DNA of 64,000 bases from NCBI RefSeq assembly GCF_058153355.1, contig NZ_CM177019.1; one strand, given 5' to 3'. Of this stretch, positions 1 to 9,907 are shown piece by piece. Within the stretch, counting starts at the first letter, position 1, and every line of letters begins with the position of its first letter. Below the pieces are notes generated by a model. That model did not search any database and was not told the DNA's origin. It was given only the letters and a program-made list of their open reading frames with translations. The translations under genes and the position numbers were made by a program.

Positions 1-69
1 TTAAATCGCAAAGGCTGGATTGGCCTGGTCTTGCTGTTGGCTGGAATGATTATGGTGAAGTTTGCCTGA
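1..69 (+). CDS. mdtI: 3' end of small multidrug-resistance (SMR) family spermidine exporter subunit MdtI (partial, runs off window start)
   Basis: Open frame from nt 1 ending ...GWIGLVLLLAGMIMVKFA* ; convergent with ydgD as in K-12 synteny. Confidence 0.65.
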   Translation, partial: LNRKGWIGLVLLLAGMIMVKFA

Positions 70-74
70 TGAAC

Positions 75-100
75 ACGCTGCCCGTGCTGTCGGGCAGCGT
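75..100. terminator. Hairpin between convergent mdtI and ydgD (possible bidirectional terminator)
   Basis: 10-bp inverted repeat acgctgcccg/cgggcagcgt with 6-nt loop. Confidence 0.45.
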
Positions 101-107
101 TTGAATG

Positions 108-929
108 CTATTTTTGCAAAAGTTGGTCTAGCTTGTCGCGAAAACCAGTGACAGAAATGGCCCGGTTATCGGCACGCCAGCGATCTTTCGCGGCAGGAGC
201 CGAACTTTGCACGCCAATTAACTGCCAGCCGTCATCGGTATGCAACATCAGTGGCGAACCGCTATCACCCGGCAAAGTATCGCACTGATGCGACATCACC
301 GACGTTTGCGCCCAGCCAGTTACTTCGCAATTTTGATGACTGTATAGCGTATCGAGGTGATCTTCAGGATATCCCGCTTGAGTCACTTTTCGACCTGCCG
401 CTTTTAATGCGGCGGTAAGTGCGGCTTTATCTCCCGCAAATAACGGCAACGGTGTAATGCCAGAAGGGGGATTACGTAGCACAATCAAACCGAAGTCCCA
501 CGGCGCAGCTGCGGGAGGAACAATCCAACCATCCCCATCTGCTTTTAACCGCTTTCCCAGTGTCGGGTCAACGCGGCCTTCTATGTCGTGGATCTCATAG
601 CGCCAAAGACCTTTATTTGACACAAAACGCAGCGCCACCGCTTTATCGGCTTTACCCTTTGGCGGCGTCAATAAACAGTGTCCTGCCGTTAATGCCAGAT
701 TGGGTGCAATCAGCGTCGCCGTACATAAATTGCCGCTGGCCGTTTCCAGTTGCCCAACCGCATCCCACGGTGATTGGGTCGTGTCATTCACTGGCACACG
801 ATCATCATGACCAAAAAACAGGGTGCTGACCTCATCGTTTGCCGATTTGGCAACGTCTGGTTTATCTGCAAACACAAAAGCAGACGTCAAACTAATTGCA
901 CCCAACACTACAGCAATGGTTGTACGCAT
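108..929 (-). CDS. ydgD: Trypsin-like periplasmic serine protease YdgD
   Basis: 273-aa ORF; signal-peptide-like N-terminus; catalytic motifs TAGHC and GDSGSP. Confidence 0.85.
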   Translation of the reverse strand: MRTTIAVVLGAISLTSAFVFADKPDVAKSANDEVSTLFFGHDDRVPVNDTTQSPWDAVGQLETASGNLCTATLIAPNLALTAGHCLLTPPKGKADKAVALRFVSNKGLWRYEIHDIEGRVDPTLGKRLKADGDGWIVPPAAAPWDFGLIVLRNPPSGITPLPLFAGDKAALTAALKAAGRKVTQAGYPEDHLDTLYSHQNCEVTGWAQTSVMSHQCDTLPGDSGSPLMLHTDDGWQLIGVQSSAPAAKDRWRADNRAISVTGFRDKLDQLLQK

Positions 930-1028
930 ATCACACTCTGGTGGGTAATTATGATTATTAAAAGCAAACCCTCATAAATACTATAGACGGGACGGGATGA
1001 AAGTGGGAGTAAAATCAGATAACTACGA

Positions 1029-1112
1029 TCAGGAAAGATAAAAACGGGTGGCAATCAGTGCGCATAAAATAAGGATGATAAGAATGAACTCAAAGCGATA
1101 ACGGCCCACCAT
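1029..1112 (-). CDS. ydgU: Small hydrophobic protein YdgU (27 aa)
   Basis: Manual translation MVGRYRFEFILIILILCALIATRFYLS*; position between ydgD and asr. Confidence 0.55.
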   Translation of the reverse strand: MVGRYRFEFILIILILCALIATRFYLS

Positions 1113-1204
1113 ACTACCCTCCGCTAAAGGCGGTGCTAAACGTTACCCGCTTAGCACCGTAATTTTCAGGCGCGAGGGGGCGCGCCAGCATTACTGTTGA
1201 AAAC

Positions 1205-1513
1205 TTACGCTGCGGGTTGTGCAGCAGGTTTTGCCGGTTGCTGATGGCTGTGTTTCTTGGCGTGTTTCTTCGCTGCCTGCGCTTTTTGTTCAGGGGCTTT
1301 CTGTTCAGCTTTCGCATTTTTATGATGCTTTTTAGCCGCCTGCGCTTTCTGGGCAGGTGCTGCTTTATGCTGTTTTTTATGATGTGTAGTTTTCGCCGGC
1401 GCTGCTTTGGTGGTCGTCGCAGTCGGAGCAGGTGTGGTCGCAGTCTCTGCAGCAAAGGCGGCAGAAGACAGACCCATAGCAGCGGCAACAACCAGAGCTA
1501 ATACTTTTTTCAT
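1205..1513 (-). CDS. asr: Acid shock protein Asr (Lys/Ala/His-rich periplasmic protein)
   Basis: ORF-track frame; start trimmed to MKKVLALVV signal peptide; low-complexity AKKH repeats. Confidence 0.85.
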   Translation of the reverse strand: MKKVLALVVAAAMGLSSAAFAAETATTPAPTATTTKAAPAKTTHHKKQHKAAPAQKAQAAKKHHKNAKAEQKAPEQKAQAAKKHAKKHSHQQPAKPAAQPAA

Positions 1514-1935
1514 TGTCATACCCTCAATTTGTTTTTTCATTTAACCCCACTGCGGGGCCGTTGAAATAACTATATCCCTGGGAATGGCAGACTTCCGTGA
1601 GTGGTTGGTTTCAGCGTGTAACGATATGTACAAACGTTAAATAAATTACAGCGTTGATAATAACGTATTGTGACTTAAGGGAAATTTAGCTACCAATAAT
1701 AGTAGTCTTGATCGGGTTAACTATTTTACTACTTACAAAGCGGTAGAATAACTGCGCATCAGTAATAAATGACACACAGCAAAATGAATCCGTTTATTTG
1801 GGTACTTATAATCCTGATGACACTAGATGCGCTGCGGGAATTGGCTGGCGCTTCGTCTATTTTAGGATGGCTATTAACGTTGGTTTGAGCAGGCAATAAG
1901 TCCGGATGGGTATTTACCGCAGTCCGGACTTATTT

Positions 1936-3189
1936 TTAGGCGTGCAGACGACGATGCAAACGCGTCCCGACCAGCAGAGCAATGACCAGCATCAGAGCAA
2001 TAAATGCGCCGACGCCGTTCCAGCCATAGTTATGCCAGAAAACACCTCCCAACGTCCCGGCAATACTCGACCCCAAATAGTAACTGAACAGATACAGCGA
2101 GGAAGCCTGGCCTTTAGCGCGTTTTGCGCGGGGGCCGATCCAGCTGCTGGCAACGGAGTGGGCTGCGAAGAATCCGGCTGAGAAGAGTAACATTCCGACA
2201 AAGATCAGCCACAGCGAGCTGAATAAGGTCATCAGTAAACCAAACAGCATAACCCCCGTCGAAAACAACATCACTGGACCGCGCCCATAACGGGTGGTCA
2301 TGGTTCCGGCTTTGGGTGAGCTCCATGTACCGGTCAAATCAGCCAGCGATAATAAGCCAACCACGGCCTGACTGACATGCCAGGGGGAAAGCATCAACCT
2401 ATAGCCGATGTAATTAAACAGCGTGACGAACGACCCCATCAGCAAAAAGCCTTCTGCGAACAATAACGGCAATCCCCGGTCACGCCAGTGCAGACGAAAG
2501 TTGATAAATAACGTCTTTGGTCGCAGGGAAGTCGGGCGAAAATGGCGTGATTCCGGGAGGATTTTCCAGAACATCAACGCCGAGGCCAGCGCGAAACAGC
2601 CGATAGCCGCCAGAGCAATTCGCCAGTTGAAAAAGTCCGTGAAGACACCGCTAATTAAGCGTCCGCTCATGCCGCCAATTGAGTTGCCGCTGATATACAA
2701 CCCCATCGAAAAGGCCACGAAACTGGGGTGGATTTCCTCGCTAAGATAAGTCATGCCAACAGCTGCCACGCCACTTAACGAAAGCCCAATCAAGGCGCGC
2801 ATAATCAAAATGCCGTGCCAGCTGGTCATCATTGTCGAAAGTAACGTACAAATGGAGGCCAACAGTAGCGCCGTGACCATCACTGGTTTGCGACCAATGG
2901 CATCGGATAGCGGGCCAGTAAACAGCAAACCGATAGCCAACATCGCCGTTGAAATGGACAGTGAAATACTACTGTTCGCAGGCGTTAAGCCAAACTCCTG
3001 CGAAAGCACCGGAAGGATAGGTTGCACACAATAGAGAAGTGCGAAGGTTGCCAGTCCGGCAGAGAAAAGCGCCAGGGTGACGCGCATAAATTGCGGCGTA
3101 CCGCGTTTAATAAATTGATTTGGCTGAGAAATGCTTTGCTTGTCAGTGACGCTTGCCGGAGCGCCATCAACAGTTGTAGTACGGCTCAC
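1936..3189 (-). CDS. ynfM: MFS transporter YnfM
   Basis: 417-aa ORF with multiple hydrophobic segments; synteny. Confidence 0.9.
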   Translation of the reverse strand: MSRTTTVDGAPASVTDKQSISQPNQFIKRGTPQFMRVTLALFSAGLATFALLYCVQPILPVLSQEFGLTPANSSISLSISTAMLAIGLLFTGPLSDAIGRKPVMVTALLLASICTLLSTMMTSWHGILIMRALIGLSLSGVAAVGMTYLSEEIHPSFVAFSMGLYISGNSIGGMSGRLISGVFTDFFNWRIALAAIGCFALASALMFWKILPESRHFRPTSLRPKTLFINFRLHWRDRGLPLLFAEGFLLMGSFVTLFNYIGYRLMLSPWHVSQAVVGLLSLADLTGTWSSPKAGTMTTRYGRGPVMLFSTGVMLFGLLMTLFSSLWLIFVGMLLFSAGFFAAHSVASSWIGPRAKRAKGQASSLYLFSYYLGSSIAGTLGGVFWHNYGWNGVGAFIALMLVIALLVGTRLHRRLHA

Positions 3190-3295
3190 TTGAAATCCTT
3201 GCTAAATATGCCTGTGGATCAGGCTTATGAATAGATTAGGAAAATCGAATTGTTCTGTCTAATATATTAATAATCTCAAATAAGATGTTTTAAAT

Positions 3296-4189
3296 ATGAA
3301 TATTGAACTTCGTCATCTGCGTTACTTTGTTGCTGTTGCGGAAGAGCTGCATTTCGGGCGCGCCGCTGCCCGTCTGAATATTTCGCAACCACCGCTAAGT
3401 CAGCAGATTCAGGCGCTGGAGCAACAAATTGGTGCCCGACTGCTGGCAAGGACCAATCGCAGTGTATTGCTGACGGAAGCAGGAAAACAGTTTCTTGCAG
3501 ATAGTCGGCAAATCCTGTCTATGGTGGATGACGCTGCCGCTCGCGCTGAAAGGCTGCATCAGGGCGAAGCGGGGGAGTTGCGCATTGGTTTTACTTCGTC
3601 CGCTCCTTTTATTCGGGCGGTGTCCGATACGTTATCGCTGTTTCGTCGTGATTATCCCGATGTCCATTTACAAACCCGCGAAATGAACACTCGCGAGCAA
3701 ATCGCTCCGCTCATTGAAGGAACGCTGGATATGGGATTGCTGCGTAACACAGCGTTACCGGAGACGCTTGAACACGCAGTCATCGTCCATGAACCGCTTA
3801 TGGCGATGATCCCGCACGATCATCCCCTGGCAAATAACCCGAGTGTAACGCTGGCTGAACTGGCGAAAGAACCCTTTGTCTTTTTTGATCCGCACGTAGG
3901 GACAGGGCTGTATGACGATATTCTCGGGCTGATGAGACGTTACAATTTGACGCCCGTCATCAATCAGGAGGTGGGTGAGGCAATGACCATCATCGGTCTG
4001 GTTTCCGCTGGTCTGGGTGTTTCAATTTTGCCTGCGTCATTTAAACGTGTTCAGCTCAACGAAATGCGCTGGGTGCCGATTGCTGAAGAGGATGCGGTTT
4101 CTGAAATGTGGTTGGTCTGGCCGAAACACCATGAACAAAGTCCGGCTGCGCGTAACTTTCGTATTCATCTGCTGAATGCTCTCAGGTGA
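3296..4189 (+). CDS. ynfL: LysR-family transcriptional regulator YnfL
   Basis: 297-aa ORF; N-terminal LysR HTH (MNIELRHLRYFVAVAEELHFGRAA); divergent from ynfM. Confidence 0.9.
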   Translation: MNIELRHLRYFVAVAEELHFGRAAARLNISQPPLSQQIQALEQQIGARLLARTNRSVLLTEAGKQFLADSRQILSMVDDAAARAERLHQGEAGELRIGFTSSAPFIRAVSDTLSLFRRDYPDVHLQTREMNTREQIAPLIEGTLDMGLLRNTALPETLEHAVIVHEPLMAMIPHDHPLANNPSVTLAELAKEPFVFFDPHVGTGLYDDILGLMRRYNLTPVINQEVGEAMTIIGLVSAGLGVSILPASFKRVQLNEMRWVPIAEEDAVSEMWLVWPKHHEQSPAARNFRIHLLNALR

Positions 4190-4323
4190 GGGAAATTTCA
4201 GCGAAAAAGCCCGAAAAATGTGCTGTTAATCACATGCCTAAGTAAAAATTTGACGACACGTATTGAAGTGCTTCACCATAGCCTACAGATTATTTCGGAG
4301 CGCGAAAATATAGGGAGTATGCG

Positions 4324-5544
4324 GTGGTTGCTGAAAACCAGCCTGGGCACATTGATCAAATAAAGCAGACCAACGCGGGCGCGGTTTATCGCCTGATTGA
4401 TCAGCTTGGTCCAGTCTCGCGTATCGATCTTTCCCGTCTGGCGCAACTGGCTCCTGCCAGTATCACCAAAATTGTCCGTGAGATGCTCGAAGCACACCTG
4501 GTGCAAGAGCTGGAAATCAAAGAAGCGGGGAACCGTGGCCGTCCGGCGGTGGGGCTGGTGGTTGAAACTGAAGCCTGGCACTATCTTTCTCTGCGCATTA
4601 GTCGCGGGGAGATTTTCCTTGCTTTGCGCGATCTGAGCAGCAAACTGGTGGTGGAGGAGTCGCAGGAACTGGCGTTAAAAGATGACTCGCCATTGTTGGA
4701 TCGTATCATTTCCCATATCGATCAGTTTTTTATCCGCCATCAGAAAAAACTTGAGCGTCTGACTTCTATTGCCATTACCTTGCCGGGAATTATTGATACG
4801 GAAAATGGTATTGTACATCGCATGCCGTTCTACGAGGATGTAAAAGAGATGCCGCTCGGCGAGGCGCTGGAGCAGCATACCGGCGTACCGGTTTATATTC
4901 AGCATGATATCAGCGCATGGACGATGGCTGAGGCCTTGTTTGGTGCCTCACGCGGGGCGCGCGATGTGATTCAGGTGGTTATCGATCACAACGTGGGGGC
5001 GGGCGTCATTACCGATGGTCATCTGCTACACGCAGGCAGCAGTAGCCTCGTGGAGATTGGTCACACGCAGGTCGACCCATATGGGAAACGCTGTTATTGC
5101 GGAAATCACGGCTGCCTCGAAACCATTGCCAGTGTGGACAGTATTCTTGAGTTGGCACAGCTGCGTCTCAATCAATCCATGAGCTCGATGTTACATGGAC
5201 AGCCGTTAACCGTGGACTCATTGTGTCAGGCGGCATTGCGCGGCGATCTGCTGGCAAAAGACATCATTACCGGGGTGGGCGCGCATGTCGGGCGCATTCT
5301 TGCCATCATGGTGAATTTATTTAACCCACAAAAAATACTGATTGGCTCACCGTTAAGTAAAGCGGCAGATATCCTCTTCCCGGTCATCTCGGATAGCATC
5401 CGTCAGCAGGCCCTTCCTGCGTATAGTAAGCACATTAGCGTTGAGAGTACCCAGTTTTCTAACCAGGGTACGATGGCGGGCGCTGCGCTGGTAAAAGACG
5501 CGATGTATAACGGTTCTTTGTTGATTCGTCTGTTGCAGGGTTAA
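4324..5544 (+). CDS. mlc: ROK-family global repressor Mlc (DgsA), GTG start
   Basis: 406-aa ORF; ROK zinc motif CYCGNHGCLE. Confidence 0.9.
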   Translation: MVAENQPGHIDQIKQTNAGAVYRLIDQLGPVSRIDLSRLAQLAPASITKIVREMLEAHLVQELEIKEAGNRGRPAVGLVVETEAWHYLSLRISRGEIFLALRDLSSKLVVEESQELALKDDSPLLDRIISHIDQFFIRHQKKLERLTSIAITLPGIIDTENGIVHRMPFYEDVKEMPLGEALEQHTGVPVYIQHDISAWTMAEALFGASRGARDVIQVVIDHNVGAGVITDGHLLHAGSSSLVEIGHTQVDPYGKRCYCGNHGCLETIASVDSILELAQLRLNQSMSSMLHGQPLTVDSLCQAALRGDLLAKDIITGVGAHVGRILAIMVNLFNPQKILIGSPLSKAADILFPVISDSIRQQALPAYSKHISVESTQFSNQGTMAGAALVKDAMYNGSLLIRLLQG

Positions 5545-5668
5545 CATTTTTTAACTGTTCTACCAAAATTTGCGCTATCTCAATTTGGGCCAGGAAAGCA
5601 TAACTTAGACTTTCAAGGTTAATTATTTTCCTGGTTTATATTTGTGAAGCATAACGGTGGAGTTAGTG

Positions 5669-6364
5669 ATGCTGAAGCGTTTCTTTATTACCGGTACAGA
5701 CACTTCTGTAGGGAAAACGGTGGTTTCCCGCGCATTGCTACAAGCGTTAGCCTCCCAGGGAAAAACGGTTGCGGGATATAAACCCGTAGCGAAGGGGAGC
5801 AAAGAGACACCCGAAGGGCTGCGTAATAAAGATGCCCTGGTGTTGCAGAGTGTTTCAACCATCGAACTGCCTTATGAAGCAGTTAATCCTATTGCGTTAA
5901 GCGAAGAAGAAAGTAGCGTGGCGCACAGTTGCCCAATCAATTACACCCTCATTTCAAACGGCCTGGCAAACCTGACCGATAAAGTCGATCATGTGGTGGT
6001 CGAAGGTACTGGCGGTTGGCGCAGTCTGATGAATGATTTGCGTCCGCTCTCTGAATGGGTGGTGCAGGAACAACTGCCGGTGTTGATGGTTGTCGGTATT
6101 CAGGAAGGTTGCATTAACCATGCACTGCTGACAGCTCAGGCGATTGCCAACGACGGGCTGCCGCTCATTGGCTGGGTGGCTAACCGAATCAACCCAGGAC
6201 TGGCGCATTATGCGGAAATCATTGATGTGCTAGGTAAAAAACTTCCAGCACCGCTCATTGGTGAACTGCCTTATCTGCCGCGCGCCGAACAGCGTGAACT
6301 GGGGCAATACATCCGCTTAGCTATGCTGCGCAGTGTGCTGTCGGTAGATAGAGTCACGGTGTAA
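5669..6364 (+). CDS. bioD2: Dethiobiotin synthetase paralog (BioD2/YnfK)
   Basis: P-loop GTDTSVGKT; start trimmed to MLKRFFITG. Confidence 0.85.
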   Translation: MLKRFFITGTDTSVGKTVVSRALLQALASQGKTVAGYKPVAKGSKETPEGLRNKDALVLQSVSTIELPYEAVNPIALSEEESSVAHSCPINYTLISNGLANLTDKVDHVVVEGTGGWRSLMNDLRPLSEWVVQEQLPVLMVVGIQEGCINHALLTAQAIANDGLPLIGWVANRINPGLAHYAEIIDVLGKKLPAPLIGELPYLPRAEQRELGQYIRLAMLRSVLSVDRVTV

Positions 6365-7573
6365 CGTCCGCGAGATTACCGACGCAATCACGCAGGCAAT
6401 CAATAAACCGGGGAGTAGCTGATACTCCCCGGTCATTTCACATATCATCAACGTCGACATAATCGGCGCGTGCGTGGTCGCCGCCAACAGTGTCGCCATC
6501 CCGGTCAATCCGAGTAAAAGCGTAATTTCTTCGCTATCAGGGAACCATAATCCCAGGCTACGACCATACAACATGCCAATGGCAAGACCGATAAATAGCG
6601 TCGGTGTAAAGACACCACCGGGCGCGCCAGAACCACTACTCGCCAGAATGGCAAACAGTTTGCAAAGGAAGATCCCGCCAATGATCATAAACAGTGGCGG
6701 GGCGGTTAAAAAGGATTGTACGGTGCTATAGCCGTTGCCCCACACGGCAGGGGTGAACAGAGAAAGCAGACCCACGATCAACCCGCCGAGTGCTAGTTGC
6801 CAGGGGGGCGCAAGTTTGAGAATAACAAATCCTCGATGACTGGCGTTCATTAACGTTAACAACACTGGTCCGCATAGACCTGCCAGCACACCAGTACTGA
6901 TAATCAGCGCATAGTCACGAGCTTGAACCGTCACTGAGAGTTGCACGCTGTAGAGTAATGCATCGCTATGATTAATCAGATTGCTAATCAGCAACGCCAC
7001 GACAGCAGAAATAACCACCGGTCCGAGAGAGGCCAACATCATAGTGCCAAACAGCACTTCGGCTATAAATAAACTGCCAGCAAGCGGGGCGCGGTAAGCC
7101 GCAGCCATTCCCGCCGCAGCTCCACAGGCAATCCATAATTTCCACTCCTGGCGTGGCGTAAAACGCTGAGCAAAACAGGAGGCGGCAAGGGCAGCTAAAA
7201 GAATCATCGCACCTTCGCGACCAATTGCGCTGCCGCTAGTTACTACCAGCAGAGAGGCAAGCGATTTAACCAGGCTTGCTGCGTAATCGAATTTACCATC
7301 GGTTTGCAACGCTTCCATGTAATCGGTCGGCGCATGAGGGCGTTGCTGGGTAAATTTCTGCCAGCCCATCAGCAACAAACCCGCCGCCAGTCCGCCGAGC
7401 GCCGGAGTTAGCAGCCGTCGCCACGGAGAAAGATTCGTCGCTGCATTGACCAGACTGCCGGAGTCATTATTGAGGAACAGCCATTCCAGTAGCAGCATCG
7501 CGTGACGAAACGCGGCAACGGCAAAGGCCGCAAGAATACCGACTATTGTTGCGATAAGCAGACGGCGAAACAT
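6317..7573 (-). CDS. clcB: Voltage-gated ClC chloride channel ClcB
   Basis: Polytopic membrane ORF; start trimmed to MFRRLLIAT; 3' end overlaps bioD2 convergently. Confidence 0.85.
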   Translation of the reverse strand: MFRRLLIATIVGILAAFAVAAFRHAMLLLEWLFLNNDSGSLVNAATNLSPWRRLLTPALGGLAAGLLLMGWQKFTQQRPHAPTDYMEALQTDGKFDYAASLVKSLASLLVVTSGSAIGREGAMILLAALAASCFAQRFTPRQEWKLWIACGAAAGMAAAYRAPLAGSLFIAEVLFGTMMLASLGPVVISAVVALLISNLINHSDALLYSVQLSVTVQARDYALIISTGVLAGLCGPVLLTLMNASHRGFVILKLAPPWQLALGGLIVGLLSLFTPAVWGNGYSTVQSFLTAPPLFMIIGGIFLCKLFAILASSGSGAPGGVFTPTLFIGLAIGMLYGRSLGLWFPDSEEITLLLGLTGMATLLAATTHAPIMSTLMICEMTGEYQLLPGLLIACVIASVISRTLHRDSIYRQHTAQHS

Positions 7574-7766
7574 AGTGCGCAGATCCGGATAGCTGTGTAG
7601 ATGGTGCATGAGCAGAAATGGACAATGAAACACGAGCGACTATTTTGCGGCAAAACAGGTTATCGGCAAAAGCAGTGCGTGCTTAAAGCGATAAAATACG
7701 TGACGTTGTAACGTATTATTGCCGAATGACGCGTGATTGTCGCCATCCGGCAATATTGCGGCAACT

Positions 7767-8381
7767 TTATCGAAACAGTGGTTTAACCGCGACAGGAATC
7801 AACAGTTGTGATTGCCATTGCGCCAGCGTTAAGCGAGCCAGTTCACCCAGCGCACGGTTGAAAGGGTGTTCTGCTTTTTCGATAAAAACGTCGAGAAAAC
7901 GTGTTGACCACGGAAAAAGATGCCATGCCAGCAATTCTTCACATTCTGTCTGGCGACCATTCTCCGCCAACCATGCAACCATCAACAGCAGTGAGCCAAA
8001 ATGATCTTCCGGTTCATTTTGCTTCATTTCAAACTGAATGCCTTTCTCGCGCATCCACTGACGAAGTGCCAATGTTGAATCGCCAAACAGCACAGATTCG
8101 CGATCCAGCCAGACTGACCCCCACGGCGGAGACGGCAGTGCCCACGGGCCGACAAACAAACGCTGCCAGGCCTGGGCGCGAGTCTCTTCACTCTGTGCCT
8201 GAAAAGCCGTCACCAGCGGCGCTAATGACGCTTCTGGTAGAGGCCACTGAGTTTCCCAGCCGTCACTGGTGAGTACCGCAACCAGAGGTGCGGCTTCTGC
8301 ACTCTCTGGAGCGTAATAAAACAGCGCGCCCAACACGCGCGCCGCGACAGAAAAATTATCTTGCTGTGAAAAATGGGTCAT
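7767..8381 (-). CDS. dmsD: Tat proofreading chaperone DmsD
   Basis: Start trimmed to MTHFSQQDNF; last gene of ynfEFGH-dmsD cluster. Confidence 0.85.
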   Translation of the reverse strand: MTHFSQQDNFSVAARVLGALFYYAPESAEAAPLVAVLTSDGWETQWPLPEASLAPLVTAFQAQSEETRAQAWQRLFVGPWALPSPPWGSVWLDRESVLFGDSTLALRQWMREKGIQFEMKQNEPEDHFGSLLLMVAWLAENGRQTECEELLAWHLFPWSTRFLDVFIEKAEHPFNRALGELARLTLAQWQSQLLIPVAVKPLFR

Positions 8382-8423
8382 TCCTAACATCCTGAAATGT
8401 GCGGGTTGCCCCGCACCAATTTG

Positions 8424-9278
8424 TTAACCTGCAATAGCCATTCCTACCGTCATGTGCAGGCCATAAAAGAGCACACGCCCGATCATCTCACCGCCAAGTA
8501 TGAGGATTAGCCCCAGAATAAGTCCGGCAACGTGAGGTTCACGGCGACGAATGAGCGGACAAAGCCAGCATCCTAGACCTGTGCATAACAATACCACACG
8601 CCAGACCTGTAAGGAGGCGTAATCTGGTACCAGTGCGCTGGCTTGTTGTACGGATGAGTGAATAGATGCCAGAGACAAACCTTGCAGCACAATCACTCCG
8701 GCACAAGCGATCAGCGCCAGAACGCTGATCATGGCAAACGGTGTGGTACTAAATGTTACGCGGGCTGCCCGTAGAATTGCGGCAGCAAGTATAGGACCGC
8801 TCAACAATACCGTCAGGAAGAACGCCAGTGTAGTGTAGCCGTTGTGCCAGGTTGGCACAGTGTCGATTTGATACACGCAGGTCATCATCCAGACGAAAAT
8901 GACGCCGAGCACCATGCTAACAAGTAACCAGAGTTTCCCCAGCGCTTGCGGCATTTTACCAATGACCGCCACCAGCCACCATAATCCGCCAACGGCAAAA
9001 AATATTGAACCGGCAGCAATCTCGTTACTCAGGCCGGAAGCTCCGATTCGATTCAGCGAGTTAAACGCCCGCAGTGGCGATCCCAGGTGCATGACAGAGG
9101 CAATAAACCCGATGGCCATCAACAGCCAGAGGAAAAACATGCCACGAACAATGTGCTGACGGTCTGCGTCATTTTTGGCGGCGAACCAGCCAATTCCGCT
9201 AACAATCAGCGCGCCTACTACGCATTGACCCAATACGGTAAAGATAACCAGTGGCCATTCGTGCCATCCATTTCCCAT
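8424..9278 (-). CDS. ynfH: DMSO reductase-type membrane anchor subunit YnfH (DmsC paralog)
   Basis: 284-aa polytopic membrane ORF. Confidence 0.9.
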   Translation of the reverse strand: MGNGWHEWPLVIFTVLGQCVVGALIVSGIGWFAAKNDADRQHIVRGMFFLWLLMAIGFIASVMHLGSPLRAFNSLNRIGASGLSNEIAAGSIFFAVGGLWWLVAVIGKMPQALGKLWLLVSMVLGVIFVWMMTCVYQIDTVPTWHNGYTTLAFFLTVLLSGPILAAAILRAARVTFSTTPFAMISVLALIACAGVIVLQGLSLASIHSSVQQASALVPDYASLQVWRVVLLCTGLGCWLCPLIRRREPHVAGLILGLILILGGEMIGRVLFYGLHMTVGMAIAG

Positions 9279-9279
9279 T

Positions 9280-9897
9280 TTAAACTTCCTCCGGATTAGC
9301 CAGGTAACCAGTGGTATCGCCGGTCGGGCGGCTGTTGGCGTTAGGTTTGATTACGATATTAGGTTTTGTGAAATGCGCGCGCGGCAGTGGCGCGACGGCA
9401 GCCAGAGTACCGTGTTTCTGGCGCAGCTCTTCAATTGGACCGAACTCAAGTGCACGCAGCGGGCAGGATTCGACACAGATGGGTTGTTTCCCTTCGGCGA
9501 CGCGCGAATAACAACCATCGCACTTCGTCATGTGTCCTTTTTCAGCATTGTACTGTGGCGCGCCGTACGGACAGGCCATGTGGCAGTAGCGGCAGCCGAT
9601 ACAAACATCTTCATCAACCACCACAAAGCCATCTTCACGCTTATGCATTGCGCCGCTGGGGCAGACTTTTGTACATGCGGGGTCATCGCAATGGTTACAG
9701 GAGATGGAGAGATAATAAGCGAACACGTTCTGGTGCCAGACGCCATTATCTTCCTGCCAGTCGCCGCCAGCATATTCATAAACACGGCGGAAACTGACTT
9801 CCGGGCCAAGATCTTTAAAATCTTTGCACGCCAGTTCGCAGGTTTTACAGCCAGTACAGCGGCTGGAATCGATAAAAAATCCATATTGTGTGGTCAT
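9280..9897 (-). CDS. ynfG: 4Fe-4S ferredoxin-type subunit YnfG (DmsB paralog)
   Basis: 205 aa with four CxxCxxCxxxCP clusters. Confidence 0.9.
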   Translation of the reverse strand: MTTQYGFFIDSSRCTGCKTCELACKDFKDLGPEVSFRRVYEYAGGDWQEDNGVWHQNVFAYYLSISCNHCDDPACTKVCPSGAMHKREDGFVVVDEDVCIGCRYCHMACPYGAPQYNAEKGHMTKCDGCYSRVAEGKQPICVESCPLRALEFGPIEELRQKHGTLAAVAPLPRAHFTKPNIVIKPNANSRPTGDTTGYLANPEEV

Positions 9898-9907
9898 GGG
9901 CTACTCC

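Noticed and set aside
1114-1501. Overlapping ORFs 1114-1491 (-) and 1217-1501 (+) at the asr locus
   Set aside because: Low-complexity Lys/Arg-rich translations of the repetitive asr sequence in alternative frames; the asr frame with a signal peptide is the plausible gene.
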